From: a virus
Reading direction: 5' to 3' (one strand)
Length of the DNA: 64,000 bases
Virus record (IMG/VR): IMGVR_UViG_3300005758_000037
Location: 1 to 64,000 of that record
Shown piece after piece: positions 24,342 to 32,475 of the stretch. Made by a program: the position numbers and the translations under genes. The notes under the pieces were generated by a model. It saw only the letters and a list, made by a program, of their open reading frames with translations, made no database searches and was not told the origin of the DNA. How positions within the stretch are numbered: the first letter of the stretch is position 1; every line of letters starts with the position of its first letter.

Positions 24342-27300
24342 ATGCAATTAGAAAAGTACATAGGCTTAAAATATAAAGAAAAAGGTAGAGACTTCGATGG
24401 AGTTGATTGTTGGGGATTGGTGCGCCTATTCTACAAAAATGAATTCAAGATCGATCTACCTAGCTTTAGCTCAGAATATACACAGACAGATGTTCAGCGT
24501 ATCGAAGAGCTAATTGCACAATACAAAGAAGGTTGGGAATCTAGCGAACAACCTGAAGAGGGTTCTATTGTACTTTTCAGAGTTCTTGGTTCAGAATCCC
24601 ACGTTGGTATTGTCGTAAACAAAGAACAATTCTTGCATGTTCGTGAAAACCAAGATAGTGCTATTGAGAATTTTGATTCTCCTTTTTGGAAAAAACGAAT
24701 TGTTGGATATTTTAAATATTCAGAAAATAAAAGTGTAGTATTAAATGCTGTTCCACATCCATTGAGAACAGAACGTTATACTATGCCTATTCTTCCCGGT
24801 ACAACACTTGATTTGTTAGCCAATGGATTAAACAAAGAATATGGTGTTGCTGAAGAATTAAAATCAAAAGTAAGTATTGTTTTAAATGGCAGAGTTATTG
24901 ACGAAAAAGATTGGTCATCTACAGTTCTAAAAGAAGGTGACACAGTAGAATATCGTGCTGTACCAAAAGGTTCGGCGGGTAGGATGCTTGCTTTATTGGC
25001 TTTAACTTATGTGGCCCCATATTTGGCAGGTTACGCTGAATTTGCGTACATGGGTACGGCTGGTGCAACTATTGCTGGTTCAACTGCTGTTTATGCTACA
25101 GCGTATGCGGCAACAATCTTAGTCGGTACAGCATTAATCAATGCTATTGCACCGATTCGTCCACCAGTAGATGCTGCTGGTAAAGACCCCGGTTCTGCTG
25201 AACGTCAATTAATGGTCAACGGAGGTTCTAACCGTCAAAACCCATATGGTTCAATTCCTGTTGTACTTGGTAAAGTTCGTGTAACACCTTTGCTTGGTTC
25301 TACAAATTATTTGACATATGAAAATGAACGTGATAGCTATGTTTCAATGCTATTGGTTTGGGGTTATGGTCCACTCAGTATTGATGCATCTACATTAAAA
25401 ATTGGTGATATTCCATTAACTAATTACACCGATTATAACATTATTACTCTTGATCGTAAGACAGAACCAACTATCACAGAGAAAAATGCATTCGATGCTA
25501 TCTATGGTAAAGATATTACACAGGTTCAAGTATCAACAGAATTGACTTGTGATGGCAACCCTGAAATTATTACAAGAAATTATTCAGGTATTCAAACTGT
25601 TGAAGGTGATCAAGAATCAGGATATTCAACTGTTCTTAATGTTAATTTCACAAATACAGTTAGTGGTCAGAATATTGAAGCAACATTTGTTTCCAATACA
25701 ACATCTTGGTCATTGTCCCATAATAATTTATCAAATGTAGTAATTACAAACATAAATTCTACAACTAAAAAAGTTACAGCAACAGTAAATGATAATTATA
25801 GTAATTTTGATAAAACATATTTAAAATATACTATTGATAGTGTTGCAACGGGTTCATATACTGCTACAGCATTCGGTGTTTCTCCCGGTCCTTGGTTACA
25901 AGCTGCTACAACTGAAAATGTAGACTCTTATACTGTGGCTTTGCACTTTCCACAAGGTTTACGTAGAATTAAAATAAAAGGTGATAATGCAGGTGATTCA
26001 TTTGCTGCATCAGTTCAGTTTAGAATTGAATATTCTACAAATAATGGTGCTACTTGGAATTTACAAGAAACATTAACCATTGGTGGCGATACACCTAAAA
26101 AGGATGGTTTTACTACAACTAAAACATATTCTTTCCCTTCCAAACCTGCTCAAATGATTGTACGGGTTAGAAGAGAAACAGGTGACAATACTGAAGATAA
26201 TCCTGACAATCGTTACTACTTTACCAGTGTATTACAAAACGTAACTTTTACTAGAAACGCAAATCCTGCTGTTGATCCATTAAATGCAAAAATTGCTAAA
26301 ACAGCATTTAAGATCAAAGCCACGGATCAATTGAACGGTAGAGTAGATGGTATTAGTGCAGTAGTTCAAACTTGGTGTAAAATATGGAATGGTTCTGCAT
26401 GGGTAGATGGTGCAACAAGTAACCCTGCTGCGCTGTTTAGATATGTTTTAGAACATCCAGCTAACCCAAGAAGAATAACCGATGCTTCTACACAGATCAA
26501 TCTTACACAATTACAATATTTCTATAACTATTGTGCGTCAAAAGGATTCGAATACAACTCTGTAATGGGTGATAGTCGGAGTGTTCTTGATGTATTGCGT
26601 GACATTTGTGCTGCTGGTCGAGCAAGTCCTGCTATTGTAGATGGTAAGTGGACAGTTGTTATCGATGAAGTGAAGCCAAACGTAATCCAGCATTTCACAC
26701 CACACAATAGTTGGGGTTTTGAAGGTAGCAAACCACTACCAAAGAAACCCGATGGTTTACGTGTAACTTACTTTGATCAGGATCAGGATTATCAGGAAAG
26801 TGAAATCATTGTATATGACATTGGTAAGAATGCATCAAATTCTACATTATTTGAAAGCATTACACTTCCGGGTGTAACTAAAAAATCATTAGTGATTGAT
26901 CATGCACGTTGGCATATGGCTCAAATAAAACTTCGTCCTGAAGTCTACACAGTCAATGCTGATATTGAATATCTCGTTTGCAATCGTGGTGATCGTGTGA
27001 AAGTAACCCATGATGTACCGATGTGGGGTCTTGGTAGCGGTCGAATCAAAAATCGAATCAGTGCGACTAAGTTTGAATTGGACGAAGAAATGCCAATGCA
27101 AGCGGGTAAGCAATATACAATACGCATTCGAAGTGTAGATGGCAGTTCTGTCGTTAGAACAGTAGTCACTAAAACCACTGATGGTTATTATAGTGAGATT
27201 GATCTTACCACATCTACTACTTCAACAGAAGTTCAATCTGGTGATCTATTCTTGTTTGGTGAATTGGGTCAAGAATCACAAGATTTAATTGTATTGAGTG

Positions 27301-29732
27301 TAGAACCATCTAATAATAAATCTGCAAGATTAACTCTTGTTGATTATGGTGTTACTTCACAATATAATATCTTCAGTGATTATTTAAATTTGACTGCTTC
27401 CACTGTATTTGAATCTCAAATTACTAATACACCGATTTTACAGCAAGAAAATTTTGGTATTAAAACACCATTGATTACTGGTTTTGTAAGTGACGAATCT
27501 GTAATGGAAAGAATATCAAAAGGTATCTTCCGCTATAATATTAATATTGCATATGTTAATGCAAGTCAATTACCACAAATCACTGAAACAGTAGAAGTTC
27601 AATATGATCTTTTGTCTTCTACCAGTACTGTAAATGCAAAATCTGTTTTTGTACCTTATCAAAAAGGTTCTGTTCAAATTTCGGATGTAGCACAAGGCGA
27701 GACTTATAAAGTTAGAATGCGCTATATTGGTAGAAATGGTAAATTAGGTGATTGGTCATCTTATAGTAATCACACCGTGATTGGTAAGATTAACCCACCA
27801 TCTTCTGTTACTCAGTTTACAGTATCTGCGGATAAATCAAGTGGTCAATTATTGTTAACATGGGCTGAAAATCCAGAATTAGATACTTATACTTATGAAG
27901 TCAGAACACAAGACGCTAATTGGGGTGCTAATGATATTTATCGAGTATTTCATGGTGATTCAAATCGTTGCTTCTCAAAATATTCTGGTTCTGGTGCTAT
28001 AACTTTTTATATAAAAGCAATAGACAGTTCCGGTAACTATAGTGTAAATAGTACATTTGTAAATTTTACACCAAGCAATGTTCCGAACATAACAAGTATA
28101 AGATATTCTTATGCAGATACTTCCTTGACCAGTGCTACGGTTACTTTGGATTGGGATGAAGTGACAACTTCACAATTCCCAATAAGTTCTTATGAAGTTA
28201 CATATAATGGTACGGTTCGAAGTGTAAAAGCCAATAATATTATTCTTCCAGCAGATTGGGTTGGTAATAGAGCTTTTACAATTAAGGCAGTTGATGTTCA
28301 CGGAAATAAATCCAGTGGATATACTGAGTTAGTTAGTAAATCTGCTCCTAATCCTGTCTATGACGTAAGAGCGCAAGTTATTGACAACACTGTTATGTTG
28401 TACTGGTCTTTACCAGATAGAACATCTTTGCCGATTGACCACGTTATGCTAAAGAAAGGTTCGACCTTTGAAACAGCTACAGTTATTGGTGATAAGAAGG
28501 GTGCTTTCACAACAATTACAGAAAGTCAAGGCGGTAATTATACTTACTGGTTATCTGCTGTGGATACAGATGGTATTGAAAGTGATCCAGTATCTGTTAC
28601 AACGGTTGTTTCTGAACCACCAGATTTTGTATTCAATGCTGAATTTTTAAGTTCTTTTACTGGAACAAAATCTTCTGCTGAATATGATGGTGTGAGTTTA
28701 GTATTACCAGTTAATACAACAGAAACATGGTCTGACCACTTTACATCAAGAAGCTGGACAACACCTCAAGATCAAATTGATGCAGGATACCCTATATTTA
28801 TTCAACCGTCTACTTCTATTGGTTATTATGAAGAGACATTTGATTTTGGTCAATTGCTAGCTTCAAGTAGAGTTACATTAAACTTCCGTGGTACTGTAAT
28901 TGCAGGTTCACCAAGTGTAAATACGAAAATTAGCTTGTCTGTTGACAATGTTACTTTTGTAGATTATAATGGTGTTACTGATGTTTATGGTTTGAATTTT
29001 AGATATGTTAAAATTAGAATTACTGTAACTGCTCCGGTAAACATTGGTTTGTATTCAATTCAAGATTTAACAGTTAGATTGGATGCTAAACTAAAAAATG
29101 ATGCAGGTACAACTTTTGCTCTTGCTGCAAATGCAGGAACATATTCACAATCTGTAAACACAATCACTGTAACATCTTCAAGTCATGGATTGGTTGCTGG
29201 TTCAAAAGTATTTCTGACATTCACCAGTGGTGCTGCACAAAGTGGTTACTATACTGTTGTTACAGCAAACACAAATACATTTACTGTTACCTCTACAATT
29301 TCACAGACAACTTCTGGAAACGTTGTTTTGGATCAGGAAGGTACTATCGTGAACTTTAATAAAGAGTTCATTGATGTTCAGAGTATTACGCTTTCACCAG
29401 CGGGTACAACACCTTCTATTCCGGTATATGATTTTAAAGACAACTTGGCTTCTGCCACATACTCAATTACATCTAATGTTTGTACAGTCACCCTGAACAA
29501 TCATGGATTAATAAGTGGTCAGAAAGTTAAGATGTTCTTTGCAAGTGGTACAGGTATTTCAGATACATATACTATTTCATCTTATACAACTAACACTTTC
29601 AGTTTTGATTTAACTGCTAGTAACGGTTCAGGTAGCTGTACAGTTTACCCGCAATCATTCAGAATATACTTGTTCAACAATTCTGGTTCAAGAGTTTCAT
29701 CAAATGTTTCTTGGGCAATTAAAGGATATTAA
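24342..29732 (+). CDS. fused tail tip protein: NlpC/P60 (gpK-like) + gpI-like + gpJ-like host-specificity protein
   Basis: ATG at 24342 after AGGA. NlpC/P60 Cys-His motifs (GVDCWGLV, SHVGIV, FLHV). Ubiquitin-like + hydrophobic segment (VSIVLNGRVIDEKDW...GDTVEYRAVPKG, then an Ala/Gly/Thr-rich TM stretch) as in lambda gpI. J-type core (RQNPYGSIPVVLGKVRVTP...). Three FN3-like repeats and two ~55-aa C-terminal repeats. Confidence 0.85.
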   Translation: MQLEKYIGLKYKEKGRDFDGVDCWGLVRLFYKNEFKIDLPSFSSEYTQTDVQRIEELIAQYKEGWESSEQPEEGSIVLFRVLGSESHVGIVVNKEQFLHVRENQDSAIENFDSPFWKKRIVGYFKYSENKSVVLNAVPHPLRTERYTMPILPGTTLDLLANGLNKEYGVAEELKSKVSIVLNGRVIDEKDWSSTVLKEGDTVEYRAVPKGSAGRMLALLALTYVAPYLAGYAEFAYMGTAGATIAGSTAVYATAYAATILVGTALINAIAPIRPPVDAAGKDPGSAERQLMVNGGSNRQNPYGSIPVVLGKVRVTPLLGSTNYLTYENERDSYVSMLLVWGYGPLSIDASTLKIGDIPLTNYTDYNIITLDRKTEPTITEKNAFDAIYGKDITQVQVSTELTCDGNPEIITRNYSGIQTVEGDQESGYSTVLNVNFTNTVSGQNIEATFVSNTTSWSLSHNNLSNVVITNINSTTKKVTATVNDNYSNFDKTYLKYTIDSVATGSYTATAFGVSPGPWLQAATTENVDSYTVALHFPQGLRRIKIKGDNAGDSFAASVQFRIEYSTNNGATWNLQETLTIGGDTPKKDGFTTTKTYSFPSKPAQMIVRVRRETGDNTEDNPDNRYYFTSVLQNVTFTRNANPAVDPLNAKIAKTAFKIKATDQLNGRVDGISAVVQTWCKIWNGSAWVDGATSNPAALFRYVLEHPANPRRITDASTQINLTQLQYFYNYCASKGFEYNSVMGDSRSVLDVLRDICAAGRASPAIVDGKWTVVIDEVKPNVIQHFTPHNSWGFEGSKPLPKKPDGLRVTYFDQDQDYQESEIIVYDIGKNASNSTLFESITLPGVTKKSLVIDHARWHMAQIKLRPEVYTVNADIEYLVCNRGDRVKVTHDVPMWGLGSGRIKNRISATKFELDEEMPMQAGKQYTIRIRSVDGSSVVRTVVTKTTDGYYSEIDLTTSTTSTEVQSGDLFLFGELGQESQDLIVLSVEPSNNKSARLTLVDYGVTSQYNIFSDYLNLTASTVFESQITNTPILQQENFGIKTPLITGFVSDESVMERISKGIFRYNINIAYVNASQLPQITETVEVQYDLLSSTSTVNAKSVFVPYQKGSVQISDVAQGETYKVRMRYIGRNGKLGDWSSYSNHTVIGKINPPSSVTQFTVSADKSSGQLLLTWAENPELDTYTYEVRTQDANWGANDIYRVFHGDSNRCFSKYSGSGAITFYIKAIDSSGNYSVNSTFVNFTPSNVPNITSIRYSYADTSLTSATVTLDWDEVTTSQFPISSYEVTYNGTVRSVKANNIILPADWVGNRAFTIKAVDVHGNKSSGYTELVSKSAPNPVYDVRAQVIDNTVMLYWSLPDRTSLPIDHVMLKKGSTFETATVIGDKKGAFTTITESQGGNYTYWLSAVDTDGIESDPVSVTTVVSEPPDFVFNAEFLSSFTGTKSSAEYDGVSLVLPVNTTETWSDHFTSRSWTTPQDQIDAGYPIFIQPSTSIGYYEETFDFGQLLASSRVTLNFRGTVIAGSPSVNTKISLSVDNVTFVDYNGVTDVYGLNFRYVKIRITVTAPVNIGLYSIQDLTVRLDAKLKNDAGTTFALAANAGTYSQSVNTITVTSSSHGLVAGSKVFLTFTSGAAQSGYYTVVTANTNTFTVTSTISQTTSGNVVLDQEGTIVNFNKEFIDVQSITLSPAGTTPSIPVYDFKDNLASATYSITSNVCTVTLNNHGLISGQKVKMFFASGTGISDTYTISSYTTNTFSFDLTASNGSGSCTVYPQSFRIYLFNNSGSRVSSNVSWAIKGY

Positions 29733-29734
29733 AA

Positions 29735-30841
29735 ATGGCAGATCATTTAAAACCGACATTAACTAGCAATTACTCTAGTTTTGTAACGGAATTAGATGGG
29801 CGTTTTGATGATTTGACAGTGGGGCTTGACCCCGCTGTCACTACGGCAACAAACGTACCAACTAATTCTATTCGATGGAGTAGTGCTGTAAATAAATGGC
29901 AAAAGTACAATGGTACTTCTTGGGCAGATTTGACTGCTCTATATAATATCAGTATTTCAGGTAATGCTGCTACTGTAACCAATGGTGTTTATACTACTGG
30001 TTCATATGCTAACCCATCATGGATTACGTCTTTAGCTGGTTCTAAGATTACTGGTGATATTGCTGGTAATGCAGGTAGTGCTACTAGACTTGCTACCGCT
30101 AGAAACATTAACGGTGTTGCTTTCGATGGTACAGCAGCGATTAGTGTTAATCTAAATAACTCTGTAACATTTAATAATACTGGTACAGGTTCTACATCCG
30201 GTTCAACATTTAACGGTGGAACAGGTTTGACTGTAAGTTATAACACAATTGGCGCACCGAGTACGACTGGAGCTAACGCAAGTGGTACTTGGGGTATCTC
30301 AATCTCAGGTAATGCTGCTACTGTAACCAATGGTGTTTATAATAACGGTGGAACATATGGAATTAACATTTCAGGTAATGCTGCTACTGTAACCAATGGT
30401 GTTTATAATAACGGAGCTACTTATAATATTAATATTAGCGGTAATTCAAACTATGCCACTTCATCAGGATATGCTACTTCAGCAGGTAATGGTGGTGTGA
30501 CCAGTGTAAATTCTATAACAGGTTCTGTAGTTTTATCTAATCTGAGTGACTTTCAGAGAAGTTTAACAAACTACGGTTATCAAAAATTACCGGGTGGCAT
30601 GATTATTCAATGGGGTGTATATGATCATGGTTATTACAGTGGGAACCAATATGAAAACGGTCCAACGATATCATTTCCTATAAGTTTTCCAAATCAAATT
30701 AGGGTGATTACTCTTTCAACAGAAGGTACTCAATATACAGACTGGTCTTCTGAAACGAAAATATATTCTAAAGATAATTCTGGTTTTAAAATAACGGGAG
30801 ATGTGCGAAGATTTGTACATTGGATTGCAATTGGTAGTTAA
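29735..30841 (+). CDS. tail-fibre-like protein 3 with receptor-binding-type tip
   Basis: 368 aa with repeated ISGNAATVTNGVY units. The C-terminus (GYQKLPGGMIIQWG...FPISFPNQ...WIAIGS) is paralogous to the end of 9622..11616. Confidence 0.8.
   Translation: MADHLKPTLTSNYSSFVTELDGRFDDLTVGLDPAVTTATNVPTNSIRWSSAVNKWQKYNGTSWADLTALYNISISGNAATVTNGVYTTGSYANPSWITSLAGSKITGDIAGNAGSATRLATARNINGVAFDGTAAISVNLNNSVTFNNTGTGSTSGSTFNGGTGLTVSYNTIGAPSTTGANASGTWGISISGNAATVTNGVYNNGGTYGINISGNAATVTNGVYNNGATYNINISGNSNYATSSGYATSAGNGGVTSVNSITGSVVLSNLSDFQRSLTNYGYQKLPGGMIIQWGVYDHGYYSGNQYENGPTISFPISFPNQIRVITLSTEGTQYTDWSSETKIYSKDNSGFKITGDVRRFVHWIAIGS
30302..30433 (+). repeat. 66-bp tandem duplication inside fibre gene (2 full units + diverged third)
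   Basis: Units start at 30302 and 30368 and share an almost identical ~45-nt core, tcaggtaatgctgctactgtaaccaatggtgtttataataacgg. A further 40-nt copy of the core lies at 29954-29993. Confidence 0.85.
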
Positions 30842-30853
30842 CTTATTTAAGCC

Positions 30854-30882
30854 TTGATTTTCATCAATAATTGTGATATAAT
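30854..30882 (+). promoter_or_regulatory. sigma70-type promoter with extended -10 upstream of lysis cassette
   Basis: TTGATT (30854-30859), 17-nt spacer, TGa-TATAAT (30874-30882). Confidence 0.6.
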
Positions 30883-30894
30883 TATACTTAACAC

Positions 30895-30925
30895 GCCTGT
30901 CTTATTAGCATAAGACGGGCTTTTT
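30895..30925 (+). terminator. strong intrinsic terminator 12 nt downstream of the promoter -10
   Basis: GCCTGTCTTAT-tagc-ATAAGACGGGC (11 bp, one G-U) followed by TTTTTATTTT. Confidence 0.8.
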
Positions 30926-30959
30926 ATTTTGTCAATTTATTAATTTAGCGGGTTATATT

Positions 30960-31217
30960 ATGTCAGTAGAATCTCATGGTGCGACAGCGTTTGATACAAC
31001 AATGGCTGCTATTGGCAGTAAAGCAACATATACTGGTGCGACCACAAGTGTTTTAGGGTGGATCATGTCTTCAGAATTTGGTGTATTAATCGGTATTATA
31101 CTTGGTGTCGGTGGTTTCTTAATTAATTGGTATTACAAGTACAAACAAGACAAGCGTGAGCAAGAACTGCACGATCAACGCATGAAAAATGAGGTTAAAC
31201 CTTTCGGTTTAGAATAA
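30960..31217 (+). CDS. holin
   Basis: 85 aa with two hydrophobic segments (..TTSVLGWIMSS / EFGVLIGIILGVGGFLINWYY) and a highly charged C-terminus. Immediately 5' of the endolysin. Confidence 0.65.
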   Translation: MSVESHGATAFDTTMAAIGSKATYTGATTSVLGWIMSSEFGVLIGIILGVGGFLINWYYKYKQDKREQELHDQRMKNEVKPFGLE

Positions 31218-31218
31218 C

Positions 31219-31692
31219 ATGATTAATCGTCAAGGTGTAGCTGCACTGGTATTGAGTGCGTCAGCTTTAATTGGAATTGCTGTTCACGAAGGTTATAGAG
31301 AAGAGGCGTATATTCCCGTACCCGGAGATGTGCCTACAATCGGTTTTGGCAGCACAACTAACCTTGATGGTAGTCCAGTACGTCTAGGTCAACGAACAAC
31401 GTCTGTAGAGGCTTTAAAGCGGCTTGGTAAGGATGTTGAGAAGTTTGAAACAGCAGTCAAAACCTGCGCTCCTGTTCCGATGTATCAATATGAATTTGAT
31501 GCTTACGTATCACTGACATACAACATTGGACCAAATGCATTCTGCAAAAGTACACTCGCTAAAAAATTAGTACAATATGATTATGAAGGAGCTTGCAAGG
31601 AAATTCTTCGTTGGGATAGATTTCAAGGTAAACCACTAAAAGGTTTAACAATTCGTAGACAAGAAGAATATAAAACTTGCATTGGAGAATGA
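31219..31692 (+). CDS. endolysin, lysozyme-like with SAR-type N-terminus
   Basis: EGYREEAYIPVPGDVPTIGFGST resembles the GH24 (T4/P21-type) lysozyme catalytic region. The N-terminal GVAALVLSASALIGIAV is a weakly hydrophobic Gly/Ala-rich signal-anchor-release-like segment. Confidence 0.78.
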   Translation: MINRQGVAALVLSASALIGIAVHEGYREEAYIPVPGDVPTIGFGSTTNLDGSPVRLGQRTTSVEALKRLGKDVEKFETAVKTCAPVPMYQYEFDAYVSLTYNIGPNAFCKSTLAKKLVQYDYEGACKEILRWDRFQGKPLKGLTIRRQEEYKTCIGE

Positions 31693-32171
31693 TGACTTGG
31701 CAAACTAAATTAATAGCAATATTGTTAGTAGTCGCTAGCTTATTTGCTTGGTATAAATATGAAGTTAATAAGGCAGTCAATAGAACCATTGCTGAACAAA
31801 CTGCTATTTATAAAAAGCAAGTTGATGAACTAACGATTAAAAGCCTAAAGGTTGAATCTGAATTAAAAACTCAGGTTTCAACAATCAAAGGAGAGAAAGA
31901 TGCTCAGATTAAAACTCTTGATACTAAGTATCGTATTGCTATTGACAGCTTGCGCCAGCGTCAAGAAAGAAGTTCCTCAAGCAATTCTACCGGAAATTCC
32001 TGTAATGCAGAAAGCACCAAAGGAGCTACTGGAGCAGAACTATATCGAGAAGATGCAGAGTTTCTTATCCGGTTCGCTAGAGACACAGAAGAACTTAAAA
32101 CGCAATTAAATGCATGTTATGCTCAATATGATATTGTATATGAGCAATTAAATAATTACAAATCCAAATAA
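31689..32171 (+). CDS. Rz: i-spanin (Rz-like)
   Basis: ATG at 31689 after GGAG. N-terminal TM (LIAILLVVASLFAWY) followed by a coiled-coil periplasmic domain. Last gene of the lysis cassette. Confidence 0.7.
   Translation: MMTWQTKLIAILLVVASLFAWYKYEVNKAVNRTIAEQTAIYKKQVDELTIKSLKVESELKTQVSTIKGEKDAQIKTLDTKYRIAIDSLRQRQERSSSSNSTGNSCNAESTKGATGAELYREDAEFLIRFARDTEELKTQLNACYAQYDIVYEQLNNYKSK
31900..32109 (+). CDS. Rz1: o-spanin (Rz1-like lipoprotein) embedded in the i-spanin gene
   Basis: +1-frame ORF wholly inside 31689..32171 with an AGGAG RBS. Signal peptide with lipobox LLLTAC and a Pro-rich mature part. Confidence 0.75.
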   Translation: MLRLKLLILSIVLLLTACASVKKEVPQAILPEIPVMQKAPKELLEQNYIEKMQSFLSGSLETQKNLKRN

Positions 32172-32221
32172 AAAGACCCCTGAGGGATTCCATTACGGTT
32201 TCCTTCAGGGGTTTTTCTTTT
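32171..32221. terminator. bidirectional terminator at convergence of late (+) and leftward (-) blocks
   Basis: CCCCTGAGGG (32177-32186) pairs with CCTTCAGGGG (32202-32211). A-run on the left and TTTTTCTTTTT on the right. Confidence 0.8.
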
Positions 32222-32223
32222 TG

Positions 32224-32466
32224 TTAAGCTACAAAATCTTTGAGTTGTTGTGCAGTCATTGCACCTGATTTGCGTTTAACAACTTGATTATCTTCGATTA
32301 GAAGCAATGTAGGTACACCAGTGATTGCGTACTCTTTTACTGCTTCCAAGTCTTCGTCTACGTCTACTGTCGATACTGGAATACCTAGATCGGTATTCGC
32401 TAAAACCATTGATAGACCTTTACATGGTTGACACCATGCAGCTTTAAACACTACTAGATTTTTCAT
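32224..32466 (-). CDS. thioredoxin-like protein
   Basis: 80 aa with the WCQPCK redox motif and a Trx-fold pattern (..GVPTLLL..). AAAGGAG RBS. Adjacent to the RNR genes. Confidence 0.85.
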   Translation of the reverse strand: MKNLVVFKAAWCQPCKGLSMVLANTDLGIPVSTVDVDEDLEAVKEYAITGVPTLLLIEDNQVVKRKSGAMTAQQLKDFVA

Positions 32467-32475
32467 ATTTCTCCT

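Noticed and set aside
29954-30433. CRISPR-like array (regularly spaced identical ~40-nt repeats)
   Set aside because: The repeats are in frame within a fibre gene, the spacers are homologous to each other (22-aa protein repeat), and no cas genes or leader are present.
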